NCBI GenBank assembly: GCA_015680685.1
Contig: MNCI01001419.1
Location: 177,492-241,491 of the forward strand
Direction: 5' to 3'
Source of the DNA: Gnetum montanum
Taxonomy: Eukaryota; Plantae; Gnetophyta
Length of the DNA: 64,000 nucleotides
Part shown: positions 1 to 14,680 of the stretch, piece by piece
How positions within the stretch are numbered: the first letter of the stretch is position 1
How the letters are laid out: every line of letters begins with the position of its first letter
The notes under the pieces: model-generated
Seen by the model: only the letters and a program-made list of their open reading frames with translations
Databases searched by the model: none
What the model was told of the DNA's origin: nothing
Position numbers and translations under genes: made by a program

Positions 1-318
1 TTTATTGGCTTATATGCTTGGTACTAGTTTTTTATGAAAATGTAGCAATATTTTATGTGGCTGGACTTGATTATCATTATCAGGGGGCATTCTATAGTAA
101 TATAAGCTCTCCCTTTAAGCCTCTGAAGTCATTTTCTTTAATACATGCTGCAACTTATTTTTGTTTATTCTCTGAAGTTATTTTTTTCATTTTCTGATTT
201 AATGCATGCTGTAACCTATTGTTTATCCACTNCCCCTGATAATGATAATCAAGTCCAGCCACATAAAATATTGCTACATTTTCATAGAAAACTAATACCA
301 AGCATATAAGCCAATAAA
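1..318. repeat. 86-bp inverted repeat (1-86 vs 233-318) with one arm starting at an N
   Basis: The reverse complement of 1-86 matches 233-318 with 2 mismatches; the second arm begins immediately after the N at 232. Confidence 0.9.
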
Positions 319-1768
319 GTTTATCAGATTTTAACATCAGGAATCCCTTCCCCACCACTATTTTCACAGCTGCTTCTACGCTGTTAATAATGCTCTCGGC
401 AAGTTCACGACACATTTTGGACTTATGAGCTCGCTTTATAAAGTTGGGATAGGAGATTCAGAGGTGGGTCTTTGGAGTTTTGGAATTTGTTGTTCTGGGT
501 TGAGTTCATGCGTCTTGCATGTTTGACTACAGATGTTGACTAGGGCTTCCTAGAAATATTTGGGAAGGATATGGTGCTGAAATTTTGTTTGAACATTAAA
601 CAAGTGTATGCTTCGACTATTCTGTTTGCACTTGCAGAGGGATAGAGGCCTGGAAACAATTTTCAGTTTTGTAACCAACTGATTCCCTTCCCTCATAGGT
701 TGTGCATTAATGACTGGCCGAAATGACGACCACAGGTTATGCATTTATGACTGGCCGGAATCACGACGTTACCTGAAACCAGAGACGCAACATGAGATGG
801 CCATGGCTCATGAATAAAAATACGAAACCAATCCACTAAATAAAAATATTCTCTAAAATCATCTGAATAAACTAAAACGAAAAGTAAAGATTAGGTAAAT
901 CTAAGCAAAATAGGCAACTCAATTGATACGAAAATCCACTAAAATCTACTACTAAAGATCAAACAGGAACGTGTTCTCACACAAACTGAAAGAGCAAGAT
1001 GGAAGGGGAAGAAAAGCGGATTTCGTGCTCATGAATCACGATAGAGATGGAGAAAAATGATTTATAGCAATGAGGGAAAGAAGCAGAAAATAACAAGTGA
1101 GACAATTCTGATACAAACACGTAGGATATGCTCACTCAATTATGATCATGCAACTTCGAAACGCATACGTGCAAAGAGCAAATAAGGTGAGCGCATTCTT
1201 ACCAAACCAAGAGCAAAATTCAGCAAAAAAATTATGCACTAAGCTTACAAAGGTAAAGCATGTAGCGCTTGCATTTAAAAAATAGAAGAAATATCATCCA
1301 AATTTTTTAAGAACAAAAATTAGAATTAAGGATCGAAGAGAACGACTTGCAATGCGTGCTTAAGCAGACTCGGCAAGTGAGGAGATACTCCGTCCAGATT
1401 CTGCTAGAAGGAAACGATCGATTTTTCTAGGGAAACCATGAATAAAAAAGATGAAAACTGAAAAATATAGAATGATAGATGTGCAGCGCATTCTGTAAGG
1501 GTAACAACTCATTTTCTAACAGGAAAAGCAAAGACCTCGTCTACTGCATCAACAGATAATTCCGATAAGGCAAGTCTCCTACCCAGTCACCCAAATCAGA
1601 CTGGGCAGACAAGAGCCCCTGCATCAGAAGAAATGTTCATCATCTTCTTGTGCCTGTAGATGAAAAAGTGAATGAAGCAAAAAATTTTAGAGCTAAAAGA
1701 GAAACAAAGCGTTTGAAGAGTTTGGAGAAGCATCCAAATCTTTATCAATGGCGGAATAGGAAGAGCGA

Positions 1769-1846
1769 CTGTAAATAAAAGGCAGAAGATGAGGAGCGTC
1801 TGTAAATAAAAGGTGGAAGAGGAGGAGCATCTGTAAATAAAAGGTA
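1769..1846 (+). repeat. 31-bp tandem repeat, ~2.5 copies
   Basis: CTGTAAATAAAAGG recurs at 1769, 1800 and 1831 with similar spacers. Confidence 0.8.
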
Positions 1847-2079
1847 TTGGGTGCGGATGCAATTTGTAGGAAACAAGTAAGATTTGACGCAATTTGCAGT
1901 AAAAATAGGTAAGATTTTAATTGACAATGAATGTTCTGGGTGAGACTTGAAAAATTGGACGAAAAATTATAATTTATGTACCCAATGTGGATTTTACATG
2001 CTTTGTACGTGTGCCCGAATCCACCGTGTACGATTCGTGAGATTTTCTTGGGAATCGCGAATCTCCGGCGCATAGTGCA

Positions 2080-2425
2080 TACCAAAGTGTCCACATCCAC
2101 GCCTATGATGGTAATTCCCATGAAGCTCACATAGTAGTAGTACTCATAGTAAACAGGGTTGGTGAAGAGGTTGGTGAAGATGAGGGAGGACGTGTTAAAG
2201 GAGCCGTTGCCGAGGATGAGGTAGGCTGGTAGACAGTAGCCGAAAACGGAGCTGAAGGCGTCCACGGTGAGGGAACCGAGGGACACTTTGCCATGCCTGA
2301 GTCTAACGAGGTCAAATAGGGGGGTTGTGGCCATGGATGAGCATGTACAAGAGCTGCTTCAGTGTGCCAAAGCCAATCTCCACCACGATCTCATACATGT
2401 ATCCACAGCCACGAGGACCCATCAG
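2080..2425 (-). pseudogene. Fragment of a plant A1-family (nepenthesin/ASPG-like) aspartic protease, internally deleted
   Basis: Minus strand reads GCGYMYEIVVEIGFGTLKQLLYMLI (like GEY.V.+G.GTP.Q..Y+.+D), then jumps to LVRLRHGKVSLGSLTVDAFSSVFGYCLP...FTNLFTNPVYYEYYYYVSFMGITIIGV (like GL.GLG.G.+SL.SQ..FSYCLP..FT.L..NP..YYV.L.GI). The catalytic DTG and the segment between are missing. Confidence 0.75.
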
Positions 2426-2427
2426 CA

Positions 2428-5112
2428 TAGAGTATGCATTTTTAAAAATGGCAAGCTAGTAATAATCAATGGTAATCTTACTATTGAACAAAAATAGATG
2501 CTATTGAGGATGATCAACAAATGGCCAACAACCTTTACATGGTCATATCCTAAACTCATAGGGATTGATCTTAGGATATGCCAGCATTGTATCTACACTA
2601 ATTTGACCATGAAGCTAAAGTGACAACCATAGCAGTGATTGAATCTCAAATTGAACTAGATTATCAAAGAGGAAATCAAAAGGCTCCTCAATGTTGGGTT
2701 TATCTATCCTATTGCAGATAGTGAGTGGGTTAGCACACTTGTAATTGTGCTAAAGAAAGGTGGTAAGTGGCAGGTTTGCATCAACTTCTAGTTGTTAAAT
2801 ATGGCAACATTCAAAGATCGTTTTTCATTGCCATTTGTGGACCAAGTATTAGACACTATATCTGGTCATTGCTATTATAGTTTTCTAGATGGTTATAATG
2901 GCTATAACCAAATTTAGATTGCATTAGAGAATTAGGAAAAAACTATGTTCATGAGTCCTTGGGGGACTTTTGCATATCAGAAGATGTCTTTTGGTCTATG
3001 CAATGCTCCAACAACATTCCAATGCTTAGTCTTGAGCAGTTTTTTAGCAATAGATCGATAGTAGGATGGAAGTCCTCATGGATGACTTCTCCAACTATGG
3101 CGCTATATTTGAGCAAGCATTGAACAACCTTGAGCAAGTGCTTAAAAGCTGTATGGAGATGAATCTTTAGCTCAATTGGCAAAAGAGCCATATGATGATG
3201 TAAGAAGCTATTGTACTAAGGCATAGAATTTCCTAGGCAAGGATTAAGGTAGACTCTGAAAAGATAAAAATCATCTAAGGAATAACTCATCAACTAGAAT
3301 TCATCAAAGATGATTAGTGATTCTTTAGATACACTGGCTACTACTGATGATTTATAGAGAATTTCTCTAAGATTGCAAAACTATTGGTCAAGCTAATAAA
3401 GAAAGATGTTTCATTCATCTAGATCAAGGAATGAAAAAATGCATTCCATAGCCTCAAGTAAAAGCTTGTAGAAACTCCAATTCTACAAGCACATGACTAG
3501 TTCAGACCATTTCATATAATGATAGATGCATCTAACTATGCCTTGGGACCTGTGGTTACATAGTTGGACTATCAAAAATGTTCATATTATATCCATTGCA
3601 CAAGCTAGAGCATTGTGGGTGCACAGTTGAATTACACCACCATAAAGAAATAACTCATGGCTACGATGTATGCTTTGGAGAAGTTCAAGCACTATGTGGT
3701 TGGATATAAAGTATGTGTGCATAAAGATTATAGTGCCATCTACTTCCTCATGAACAAGCGAACAGTGAGCCTCCATGTCATATAGTGGCTAGTTATATTA
3801 CAAGAATTCGATCTTAAAATGGTAGATTGAGAATATGGTCATTGATTACTTGTCTTGGTTACAATGGGATCACAAAGAGAAGGAGAGCCTACTCTTTGAT
3901 CAATTTTTTTATGAACTCCTCTTTACAAGTATAATAAATGAATAAGTTCTTACAAAAACAAAATGGTATGATGGCATCCTTATCTTCTCACTCAAGAGAT
4001 GCCACAAGACCTAGACTACAAACAGAAATAACAATTTTTTCATGAAGTCAAATGCTTCATGAAAATCAATAGACACCTTTATAAGGTATGCATCAATGGC
4101 TTGGTTCATTAGTGTGTACCTCATGTTGATTATTTGCATGTTCTTCAAAATGCTCATGAGGATCCTTGTGGGACCAACTATGCTGGGAGATGCATGATTA
4201 TTAAGATCCTAATGGTAGAGTATTATTGGCCAACCATCTTTAGGGATGTCCACCAGTTTGTCTGCTCTTATAAACATTTTCAACAAGATTGTGGGATGAT
4301 CATATGAATAGAGGATCCTCAATAGTGGATTCAACCACTGAAATGCTTTAACATATGGGGCATTATCTTTATAAGTTCCATCACACCCATGTCAAATGGA
4401 AAGGCATATATAATCATTGTCATTGATTATTGCACAAAATGGGTAGAAGCAACAACCATCACTGACTATATCTTATCCACTATTACAGGATTTATACAAA
4501 AAAATGTTGTGAACAAGTTTGGGATGCCATGTACACTAATTTCTAAAAATGGAACCTATTTTAAAAGCACTACCTTTTGCAAGCTTATGCAATGCTTGGG
4601 GGTTGAACATAAACTACTAACACCCTACCATCCTCAAGCCAATGGTCAAGCCAAAGTTACCAATAGGGAGATCACAAATATCCTAATGAGAATTATTAAC
4701 AAATATAGGAGAGATTAGAGCACAAAAGTCAAAAATGCTCTTTGGCCATACCTCTCAACATGGAAACACCCTATAGGCTACTCTCCCTATGAGCTAGTGT
4801 ATGGAAAGTTACCAACACTTCCTATTTAATCTGAACTCCATACACTTTCAATAGCCTATGACTTAGAACTTGACCTACGCATAGCACAAAAAAAAAAGGT
4901 TGATCAACTTGAACATGATAGATGAAAATCAATTGGTAGCCCTATCCTAGAATGAAGAGTACAAAGCATTCAAGAAAAAATTCCATGACCTTAAAATAAG
5001 AAAAGTAAAATTTCAATTAGGAGATAAGGTTCTTTACTAAAATCCCACATACATACCTCAACTAACTAAGTTCTAGACATTGTGTGAGGGGCCTTATATT
5101 ATCTACAAAAAT
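2428..5112 (+). mobile_element. Degenerate Athila-type Ty3/Gypsy pol remnant (RT-RNaseH-integrase), no LTRs seen
   Basis: YSFLDGYNGYNQI, FGLCNAP, DASNYALG, NYTT, IDYCTKWVEA and TPYHPQANGQAK motifs with many stops; colinear with 11940-14545. Confidence 0.92.
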
Positions 5113-5669
5113 TTTCATTTTATATTTTTTCTATCTTGTTTAATATGCAGAATATTGAATATAATATATATTTAATGTTTTCCAATGCATCTTAGAATGG
5201 AATATCACGTTACTAAATTTAAAAGACTTTAAAACCTTCATTGCCTTCCTAATATTAAATATTTTATGTGGTATCTTCTTCTTCAAGGTCTTTCCTGTTA
5301 CATGAAATTTCATGTAGTTAGGCATGCCATAAGCTAAATATATGATATGTAATTAGTTGATGATTGTATTGTTTCCATGCATATTTGGAATTGGGCCTCT
5401 ATTATTGTCAATAATTTCTTTCCTTATTGGAAAGAAACTCTTCTTGGAGATGCTCTTTTTGTTTCTAAGGGATTTCTTTATATTTGGAAGTGCTTACATC
5501 TTTGTCTTTTACATATTATTTGGAAAATTACATATGATATTTTTCACAATCATGAAGTTATCCATGATGAATTCACCATGCTTTAAAAGATCAACATTAT
5601 TCAACTTGTTTTCTAAGTTAAGTCTTTAGTTGACAATGATTTACTAGAAGCTAATAATCTTTTTTAGCT

Positions 5670-6666
5670 AATGAAATTTAACATGGTTCCCCAAGTTGGG
5701 TAGTTCATACTCAGAGGGTATATTGCAAGCATGTCTTCAAAATTTATTACTCTTAAATGTGGTTTGAAGGACACCACACACTATACAATTTATAAGCTCT
5801 ACTCCAAAGTGTTATGGCACTACACCAACCACTCAATCCTACAAGGTTCCAACAAGCCTAGAATGTGGTTTCTAGGCTTCCAAAAACTTTATAATCTTGA
5901 GCTCCACTCCAAAGTGTTTTGATGCTATACAACCACTCAATCTTACAATATCCCAACAAGCTCAAGCAAGATGCCTTCCTACAAAAAGCACATTAACCCC
6001 ATAGGGTAACAAAAGAGAACAACAATTACAAGGGATGAATGTAACTCAATTTTCTTATCCTTGCACTTTGAAGTACATCACACTTTACAATGGACAAATG
6101 ATAATACAATGATGAGCAATAACAATTACAATGATTGACAAATTATTACATAATGATAGTACAAAGGTTTGCACATTTTCTAATGAGAATGATGTCTTCC
6201 TATGGTCATCATATTTTCAAATTCATCTTGGAACTCATGCAACAACTAACTAATTGTCATGAAAGATGTCTTCTTCATGGTTGAGGTGTGTTTCTATTTT
6301 TTCCTTCATTTTGGGAAGATGCCTTTGTCTAATGAAAGACATCTTTTTGAAACTAGCTTACATTTTGTGAAGATGTCTTTATCTAGGGAAAGATGTCTTT
6401 GACTGATGAAAGACATCTGCTATTTTTTAGAACATCTTCTTCTATGGTGCCTTTAATTCTTCCAAGACATCTATTATTTCTAGAGATTTCTTTCTTCACC
6501 TTCCTTTGCATGATGATTTGTTTGTTCCTTTTCCACAACCTTGATCTTTTGCAAACCTTCTTGTCTCAATCCAAGTTCTTGTCCTAGAAGCATAGTGATC
6601 AAACACACACACAAGCAAATTTGTCTTCTATTTTTCTTAACATTTTGACATACCAAAAGGTCCATA
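5670..6666 (-). repeat. 3' LTR of the Sirevirus-like element (last ~80 bp not recognisable)
   Basis: Aligns with 24300-25288; starts TATGGACC (decayed TG) directly after the PPT. Confidence 0.85.
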
Positions 6667-6667
6667 A

Positions 6668-7100
6668 TCTTCCCCTTTTTGGTAATGTCCAAAACTTAAA
6701 AAAATGGATTAGTCTTTTCTAAATACATAATAACACATAAGCTACTTCTTCCCCTTTTGGACATAACCAAAAAAGATAAAGTATATAAATTAGATGCATA
6801 AAAATAGACCAATGAAATCATTAAGACATATAAATTCCTATGGTAGCCAGGGATTAGGATAAGGGTTGAGGTTCAATAGTACGAGAAATGATGCAAGAAA
6901 GAAAGAAGAAAGTATACCACACCCAAATAATAAGAGAAAACACCAGCTATTTATAACTCATCTGCAAACTATTACATACCAAACTTTCCATAATCACATA
7001 AGAGTAGAACTATCTGCAACTATCATATCACATTAGTTCAATATGTGCAAAATTCTCAAAATCACATATGTGTGAACCAAAAAATTTCTTCTCCTTTTTG
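6668..7100 (-). other. Multiple polypurine tracts
   Basis: CCAAAAAGGGGAAGAT next to the LTR, with related tracts at ~6746-6760 and ~7087-7100; repeated PPTs are a Sirevirus hallmark. Confidence 0.75.
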
Positions 7101-7640
7101 AAAGCAACCATCCAAGATCTCAATCAGTAACTTTGGTCACATCCTTAGACTTTGAATCCTCTATTGCTCATGATGGACAATAAGTATCCTCCCCATTGTC
7201 ATCACTACTAGTGCTAGGATGGCTTGATCTTTGTGTATCCTCATCAAAGGGCTCCTCAACCTGCTACATGGGAGCCCACTTGGGATGAAGCTTCGCTTAA
7301 AACTAAGAGAAAGATAGTTGAGTTGATGAAGTTAGAGGCTATTGTACTAGTACCCATTGGGACGTGGTCCTAAAGATTCTCTCCATAGCCCATTGCTCAA
7401 AAGAGCTAGAAGCATTAATAGAAGGTGGAACTGAGTAAGTAGGAGGGATTGGATCATGGTGCTCTAGCTACTACATGGAAGCATGATGCTTCTCATGAAT
7501 ACTAGCTTAGGATGCCTATGGCTCTAAATCTAACTCCATCCTTGAGTCATACATACATGAGGATCTAGTTGATGAAAAATGTTGTGGTTGGTTAGGAACA
7601 TCCTCCTCACTATTAGAGATAAAAGAAGTAGTAACCTCCT

Positions 7641-8520
7641 TGATGAGTGTCAAAGTGTCATGTTGAAAAGCCCCCATTGATGTGGCCTCATCGACAGATC
7701 CCATTTATGTGGTGTTGCCCTTGTCAATGGGGCTACGTTAACATAGCATTTGCTACATTAATAGGGCCCCATCAACATAGCCTTAGAACAAAAATTATAA
7801 ATATGAGCTCCTAGTCATGTTTATGGGCATTCAATTCATAGTAGTAGTAGAGCTCTTACAGTTTTTTCATTCAAAAGTTGGAATATTTTTCCTAAGTGGA
7901 TGCAGCAAGAGTCATTGAGTGTATGGATATTTGTTTAAGCATTGTTGTACTTGAGCACGATCGTGTGTATGGAAATAAAGATGAGCTTCTTGATAAACCT
8001 TTTAGCATTATGAATAGTTTAGATATTTATTCATACATTTAATGATTTTAGTTATTTATTTAATATTTTCTAGTAATTAAGGTAATTAAGGAAGATATGT
8101 TAGATAGATTAAATACATAAGTACAACTGCTTTTAGCATAACATATATTCACTTGGTAATCCTAGTAGTGTTATTGCTTGATGCACCTTGTAAGGTAATG
8201 GTTGTTTACCCAGCAGTGGATATGTAAGTTCATAACATGCATGGAAAGTCGAACTAGATTCTTATGTTATGACTAGCTAGGGACCAGTCATTTAGTTAAA
8301 TTAAATTAGTCATTAAATTACTTCATCTTTTTTGCTTTATGTATTAAAACCATAAAATAGAAAATGATAAAAATTGTATCCCTCGATTACACTTAACCAT
8401 ACCTTTGAACTTCACAAATATAATTGGGAAGACAATGAATGACCTTAGGGTATCTCTTCATGTGTGAGTGCTTTGTGATTTGTATGGTTGGATGTAGGGG
8501 TACCTCTTCACCACTCATCA
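7641..8520 (+). repeat. Athila 5' LTR
   Basis: TG...CA ends with a 9-bp terminal inverted repeat; TATAAATA at ~7796; aligns with 19888-20836. Confidence 0.92.
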
Positions 8521-8521
8521 T

Positions 8522-8539
8522 TGGCATCATTGTTGGGGA
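8522..8539 (+). other. Primer-binding site, Athila type
   Basis: TGGCATCATTGTTGGGGA is a deaminated form of TGGCGCCGTTGCCGGGGA; related PBSs at 31007 and 63944. Confidence 0.8.
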
Positions 8540-9399
8540 CTCTATTTGTTGAAACATGCACTAGCTAGGTCTAGTGGATATCATTAATATCATTGGTTGA
8601 ACATTAAGGTTAATATCATTCCCAAATAACATAACTAAAGAAGCACATTAATACTTTATTTGTTTGCAAAATGTATTTTTCTTGCAAGTGTGATGATGTT
8701 AAACCATCGATCCCAGAAGAGTGAAAAGTGCTCTATACTTATCTAGATGAGTTTGTACTTGATTTCACCTTCATCCTACATCAAAATGAGCAACTATGAT
8801 GACATGATATGGAAGGCAACATTGTATTTTCCCCTGATAGATCTATGCCTAAGATGCTACTTCAAACTCTAAAGATGTTAGGCATCTAAAATCTTCAAGA
8901 GGAATACGTTATGAATGGTTATGAAACTCAAGACTATTGTCCCACTAACACACAATGCAAGCAAGATTGACATTAAGAGAGGCATCATGAGGATACTAAA
9001 GGGAAATGGTTCACTAATCCCTTGTTCCTACTGAATTAAGATGATAATAAGAACTTTGCCTCTGAGGGCTCTCAACATGAAAATTCTCTATCATTTTTTA
9101 CTAAAGATGAGGAAGTGACCTTGAATCTATAGTCTATAATCCATAATTTAGGTTTAGAGAAAGATGGCAGTCAAAGAAAGGGATTAAACAAGAATCAAAA
9201 TCATAGAAACCTGATGAATGTGGCCATGATAGCCAGGGGAAAATTGGTAGATTTCATGGTGGAGGAAATCCTCCTCCCTCTTCCTCCTCTTCATCTACAT
9301 ATACTTATTCTTCCCCTTCTAATTCTGGAAGACATCATTGAAGGACCAACCATGATGTAGGTGAGCATCAAGGAAATAATACTAATCACCATATCCACA

Positions 9400-12300
9400 A
9401 TAATCAAAGGGCTAACTAAGGATATCATTGGTGACAAAAAGATTATGATGATGATGAGCCTTTATTGATGACTGGAAGCATGTTTAACCTTGTAGAGGTA
9501 GTTAAGATTCGAACTAGGCATGTGAAGGATAGTTAGATCAAGAACTTAGACATGAACAATATCTCAAGATTTGAGGGGGGATATAACTCTAATCCACAAA
9601 CACATTTACAACATTTCCATGATGCCTATGCCTTCCATGACATTGAAAATGATTGGTAGAAATTCAAACTCTTCACTAGGACACTCATCAAGGAAGCTAA
9701 AAGCTAGTATTGATCATTAGAGTTGGAATCTATCCTTAGATGGAGTACAATGCTAGAACTATTCAATGATATATATTAGATGTGCTTCAAAGTGTCCAAC
9801 CTAAGAAGGCAAATCCAATGCTGGAAAGAGAAAACACATGAATTCTTGGATGATGTCATGGGAAAATACTATTCTTGTTTACATTGATGTCCTAGCCATG
9901 ATTATTCTCAAAGGGAACAACTGCACCACATCAAAGATGGACTTAGAGTAGAAACCAGAAGAACTCTTTGAATTTATGCCCAAGGAAGATTCTTTGAACT
10001 AAGAGCTCATCAAATACAAAGGTTGATAGAATAGGTTGCAAAATAAGAAGATGATTTGTGAAAAAGGGAAAGTGTAGAAGAATATAATAGGTACCCTTTC
10101 ATTAGAAAATGAGAGGTTTGATTTTGTGACAAGGAGGAGTGACCACTTGATGGAGTGGTGTAAACCTTGCCCATCCAAACATTTGTATCTAATATTTTGA
10201 CAAAGGTTGATAAATTATGGTACTATTTGGATAAGAAATTTCAAAATGCTATGAATATTGTTGAAGAATCCGAAGAGCAAAATAGTGATTGTAACCACAG
10301 AAGATGGAATGAAGCTAAACATGCCTACCAAAGAACGATGGGCAAAGTTGTAGTAGTAGAAGAAGTTATGGAGATAGACTCTAATGATAATGTTGATTGT
10401 GAAATATGTCAATATGAACATTCTCAAGGATGTTTCCTTATGGTACCACACTTAAAAGAGTCTAGGATGTATGTGTTAAATATTTGACTAGCATGGAGGA
10501 AAGCACCTAGACAATTACCTTATCCACAAGGTAATCCATGGTAGTTCCACCAACAACAATAGTCTTACTATCCAAGTGGAGCTCCATCACAACCATATGA
10601 ATAATGTCAATAGTGACACCAACCAAAATTGTGTGGAATGCCACTACCATGATAGTAGTACCTTTATAGGCAACTATATCCATACAAGTACTATGTTTAG
10701 AAACTTGTTTCTCTAAGAAGTTATTCAAGTCATGCCTCATTTCAGCATCACTATTACCCTCAAGAGTACCATTGAACTCATTCACATCTACTCGAGGGAA
10801 ACACCCATACCCATACCATCCTTAGCATTCATCTACATACATCCCTGTACCCTCAACCCAGTTACCTCCTATTCCATCTATGTAGGGCAAAATTACTCCA
10901 GAGCTGTAACAACAAAATGCTATGAGGGTTGTACATTCACAATTAACTTTTCAGCTATGTGCTTTGGACAATCAATCTAGAAAATGATCATTTTTTGACC
11001 TAACAATCCTCCCAAATCCGCACAACCTAATGCAGCTAGTTTTCCTATATATTCAACACCCTCATCCTCTACATCAAATACATTTAAGTGCTTTTCAAAC
11101 CAAATGTTGCCTCAGATCCACACTATGATCTTAACTCATGTTGTTTATGATTTGATCAAGGCTAGCAAGCTTTCCATAAAACAATCTAACCTAGAAATTC
11201 CACTTATTTACCTATAGATTATTATACATGAGCCAAGTAAGGCCCTTCTTGATTCTAGTTTTGATGTTAATGTCATCTCCCATGACATGTACAAGGCTTG
11301 GAACCTACCACTTCTCACGAAGAGCAAAATTAATCTAGAATTAGTATATTAGTTAATTACTATTCCCTTGGCACTAGTGGAGGACATTTTGATCATAGCT
11401 TATGGTTGTTCCTATCTTGCTAATTTTCTCATGATCAAGGTAGCAAATTGCAAAGGTAACTTTCCCATCATTATGGGAAGGACATGGCTAAGAACAGTTG
11501 ATACATAAATGGACATAAGGGACATCTCCATGAAAATCTCTAAGGAAAAAGAATTTGGAAGGCTGGAAAAGAAGTGTGTTCTATGCATCACATATAGTGA
11601 TAACAATTACAATTACATGTAGAAAATCTAGTCCATTAAGAGTACATTCATTAAGGCATGAAATCAATGTGCAAATAAAACAGATATCCAAAGGTGCCTA
11701 GGAGTAGCAACCATAAAAAAAGAGGATACCTAGTAGCTAACAGCTAACTCTAATAGTAGCGCATTATTCATAGAACCTATTGAGAGCCTAACATGTGCTT
11801 ATGTTAAAGGCATGGATGAACTTGAGCAAGTTCACCACTAACTCTCTAGTGATGAAGATGATGATACTTGTTGTAGAGTGTTAGAGATCCCTAAAAATTT
11901 CAAATAGAAGCCCCTAGAGTTAAAAACTCTACTATTCAACATGGAGTATGCATTTTTAAACAATGGCAAGTTAGTCATAATCAATGCAAATCTTTTTCTT
12001 GAACTAACAAGAATCGATTTAAGGATATGCTACCATCGCATCTACACTAACTTGATCATGAAAGCAAGAAGGTAGTTGCAAAGGTAGCTAAATCCCAGGT
12101 TGAAGAAAATCATCAAAGAAGAAATAGAAAAAATCCTCAATGTGGGGATCATCTATCCCATCATGAATAGTTAGTGAGTTAGCCCACTCAGAATTGTGCT
12201 AAGAAAAGATCATAAGTGGTAGGTCTACATTGACTTTAGGCTATTAAACATGGAAATATTTAAAGATCATTTGTCATTTTCATTTATGAACAAAGTATTG

Positions 12301-14680
12301 GATACTATCTTTGGTCATTTCTATTATAGCTTGTGGGATGGTTATAGTTGCTATAATCGAATCCAAATTATGTTAGAAGATTAGGTCAAGACAACATTCA
12401 TAAGTTCCTATGGGACTTTTGCATATGGGAAGATGTCATTCAGTCCATGTAATGTCCTTGCAACATTTTAATGCCTAGTCCTTATTGGTAGCAGGGTAGA
12501 AGTCTTTATGGTTGACTTCTCTACTTATGGGGCTACATTTGAAAAAGCCCTAGACCACCTTGAGTAGGTTCTAAAGGGATGTGTCAAAACAAACCTTAGG
12601 CTCAATTGACAAAAAAGCTATTTAATGGTCCAAGGAGGCATAGTACTAGGGCATAGAATTACTTAGGTAGGGATTGAGGTAGACCTAGAAGAAATAAGAA
12701 TCATCCAAGGAATCACACGCCAACTAGAGATAGTTAAAAATGTTCAATAACTCCTTGGACAAACTAGCTACTACTGGTAATTCATAGAGAATTTCTCTAA
12801 GATAGCGAAGCCATTGGTCAAGCTTATAAAGAAAGATGCTCTATTTATCTAGACCAAAGAATGTGAACATGCATTCCAACAATTAAAAAATAAACTCATA
12901 GAAACTCCAATTCTATGATCACCAGACTAGTCCAAACCATTTTACAGAATGACAGATGCATCTGATTATGCCTTGGGAGCTATTGTTATGGAGTTGGATG
13001 ATAAGAAACATCCATATTACATTCACTACACAAGCTAAAGCATTGTGGGTGCACAATTGAATTACACCACAACTAAGAAGGAATTAATGGCAATTGTGTA
13101 TACTCTCAAAAGGTTCAAATACTATGTGCTTGGCTACAAACTATTTATCCACACATATCATAATTTTATATGATTCCTAATAAATAAGCTAACAATAAGC
13201 CACCATATTGTATAGTGTCTTGTGATCTTGTAGGAATTCATTCTCACAATTGTAGATCAAAAAGGATATGAGAATGTGGTTATCAACCACCTCTCTTGGT
13301 TAAGATGTGATAATAAAGAGGAGAAGAGCCTGCTCTCTGATCAATCTCTATATGAACTCCTCTTTACAAGAGTTATAAATGACCAAGCACCCACTAAACC
13401 AAATTAGTATGCTAGCATGCTCACTTACCTTCTTACTCAGGAGATGCCACAAGATCTATACTTTAGGAAGAAATAATAATTTCTTCATCGGGTAAAGTAC
13501 TTCATGGAAATCAATGGACACCTTTACAAATTGTGCACTAATGGCCTAGTTCATTGGTATGTCCCTAATGTAGATCAATTGCATGTTCTCTATGATGCAC
13601 ATTAAGGCCCTTTTAGAGGCCACTATTCAGGGAGATGCATGACCATAAAAATCCTAATGGTAGGCTACTATTAGCCTACAATCTATAAGGACACCCACCA
13701 ATTTGTCTGATCTTGTGAACATTATGAAAAAGATGGTGGGATGACTACTCAAATGGAGGGTCCTCAATAGTGGATTTAGCCATTAGAGCTCTTTGACATA
13801 TGGGGCATTGACTTCATGGGTTCCACCACACCCATGTCCAATAAAAAGATGTATATCATCATAGTAGTCGACTATTGCATCAAATGGGTATAAGCAGAAG
13901 CCATCACTAATTGTACATCATCCACTATTGCTAGATTTATACAAAAAAATGTTATCATTAGGTTTGGGGTGTCATGTTCACTAATTTTTTCAATGGAACT
14001 AATTTTATAGGTGCCACCTTTTGAAAACATATGTAATTCTTAGGGGTCAAACATAAAATAACAACATCTTATCACCGCCAAGCCAATGGTTAAGCAAAGG
14101 TAACCTACAAGGGGATTACAAAGATCCTAATAAGAACCATAAGAAAATATAGGAGAGATTGGAGCACAAAACTTAATGATAACCTATGGGCTTACCTCCT
14201 AACATGAAAAATTCCTATTGGCTACTCTTCTTTGAGTTAGTATATGAAAAAGTTTCAACACTTCCAATTCAATCTAAGCTCCACATACTCTCAATCACCT
14301 ATGAACTAAATCTTGACTTGAGCCTAGCACATAGAGAATGATTGATCAACATCAACATGCTAGATGAAAATCAATTAGTGGTCCTATCTTTGAAGGAAGT
14401 GCATAAGGTATTCATTAAGCAATGCCATTACTCAGGAATATAGAAAGTAAAGTTTCAACTGAGAGATAAGGTTCTCTTTTGGAATCCCACACATGTACCA
14501 TGAAAAAGTAAGTTTCAAATGTTATGAAAGGGATCTTATATAATTACTAAAGCCTTTCCCTCTAGGTCCATGACCATATACAAACTTGAGATCCCAAATA
14601 AAAGGCAGTTGGTCAACATCCAACAAGTAAAGCTTTTCCATGAGCCTAAGCAAGCCAATGCAATAAATACCTCAATGGAT
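9400..14680 (+). pseudogene. Athila gag-pol (retrotransposon gag, protease, RT, RNaseH, integrase), many stops
   Basis: KFKLFTRTLIKEAKS(W)Y gag motif ~9660; KALLDSSFDVNVI protease ~11240; DASDYALG ~12955; WGIDFMG and VDYCIKWV integrase ~13800-13890. Confidence 0.9.

Noticed and set aside
1693-2334. 213-aa ORF as one real protein
   Set aside because: Chimeric: an aspartic-protease fragment reading into repeat-derived low-complexity sequence.
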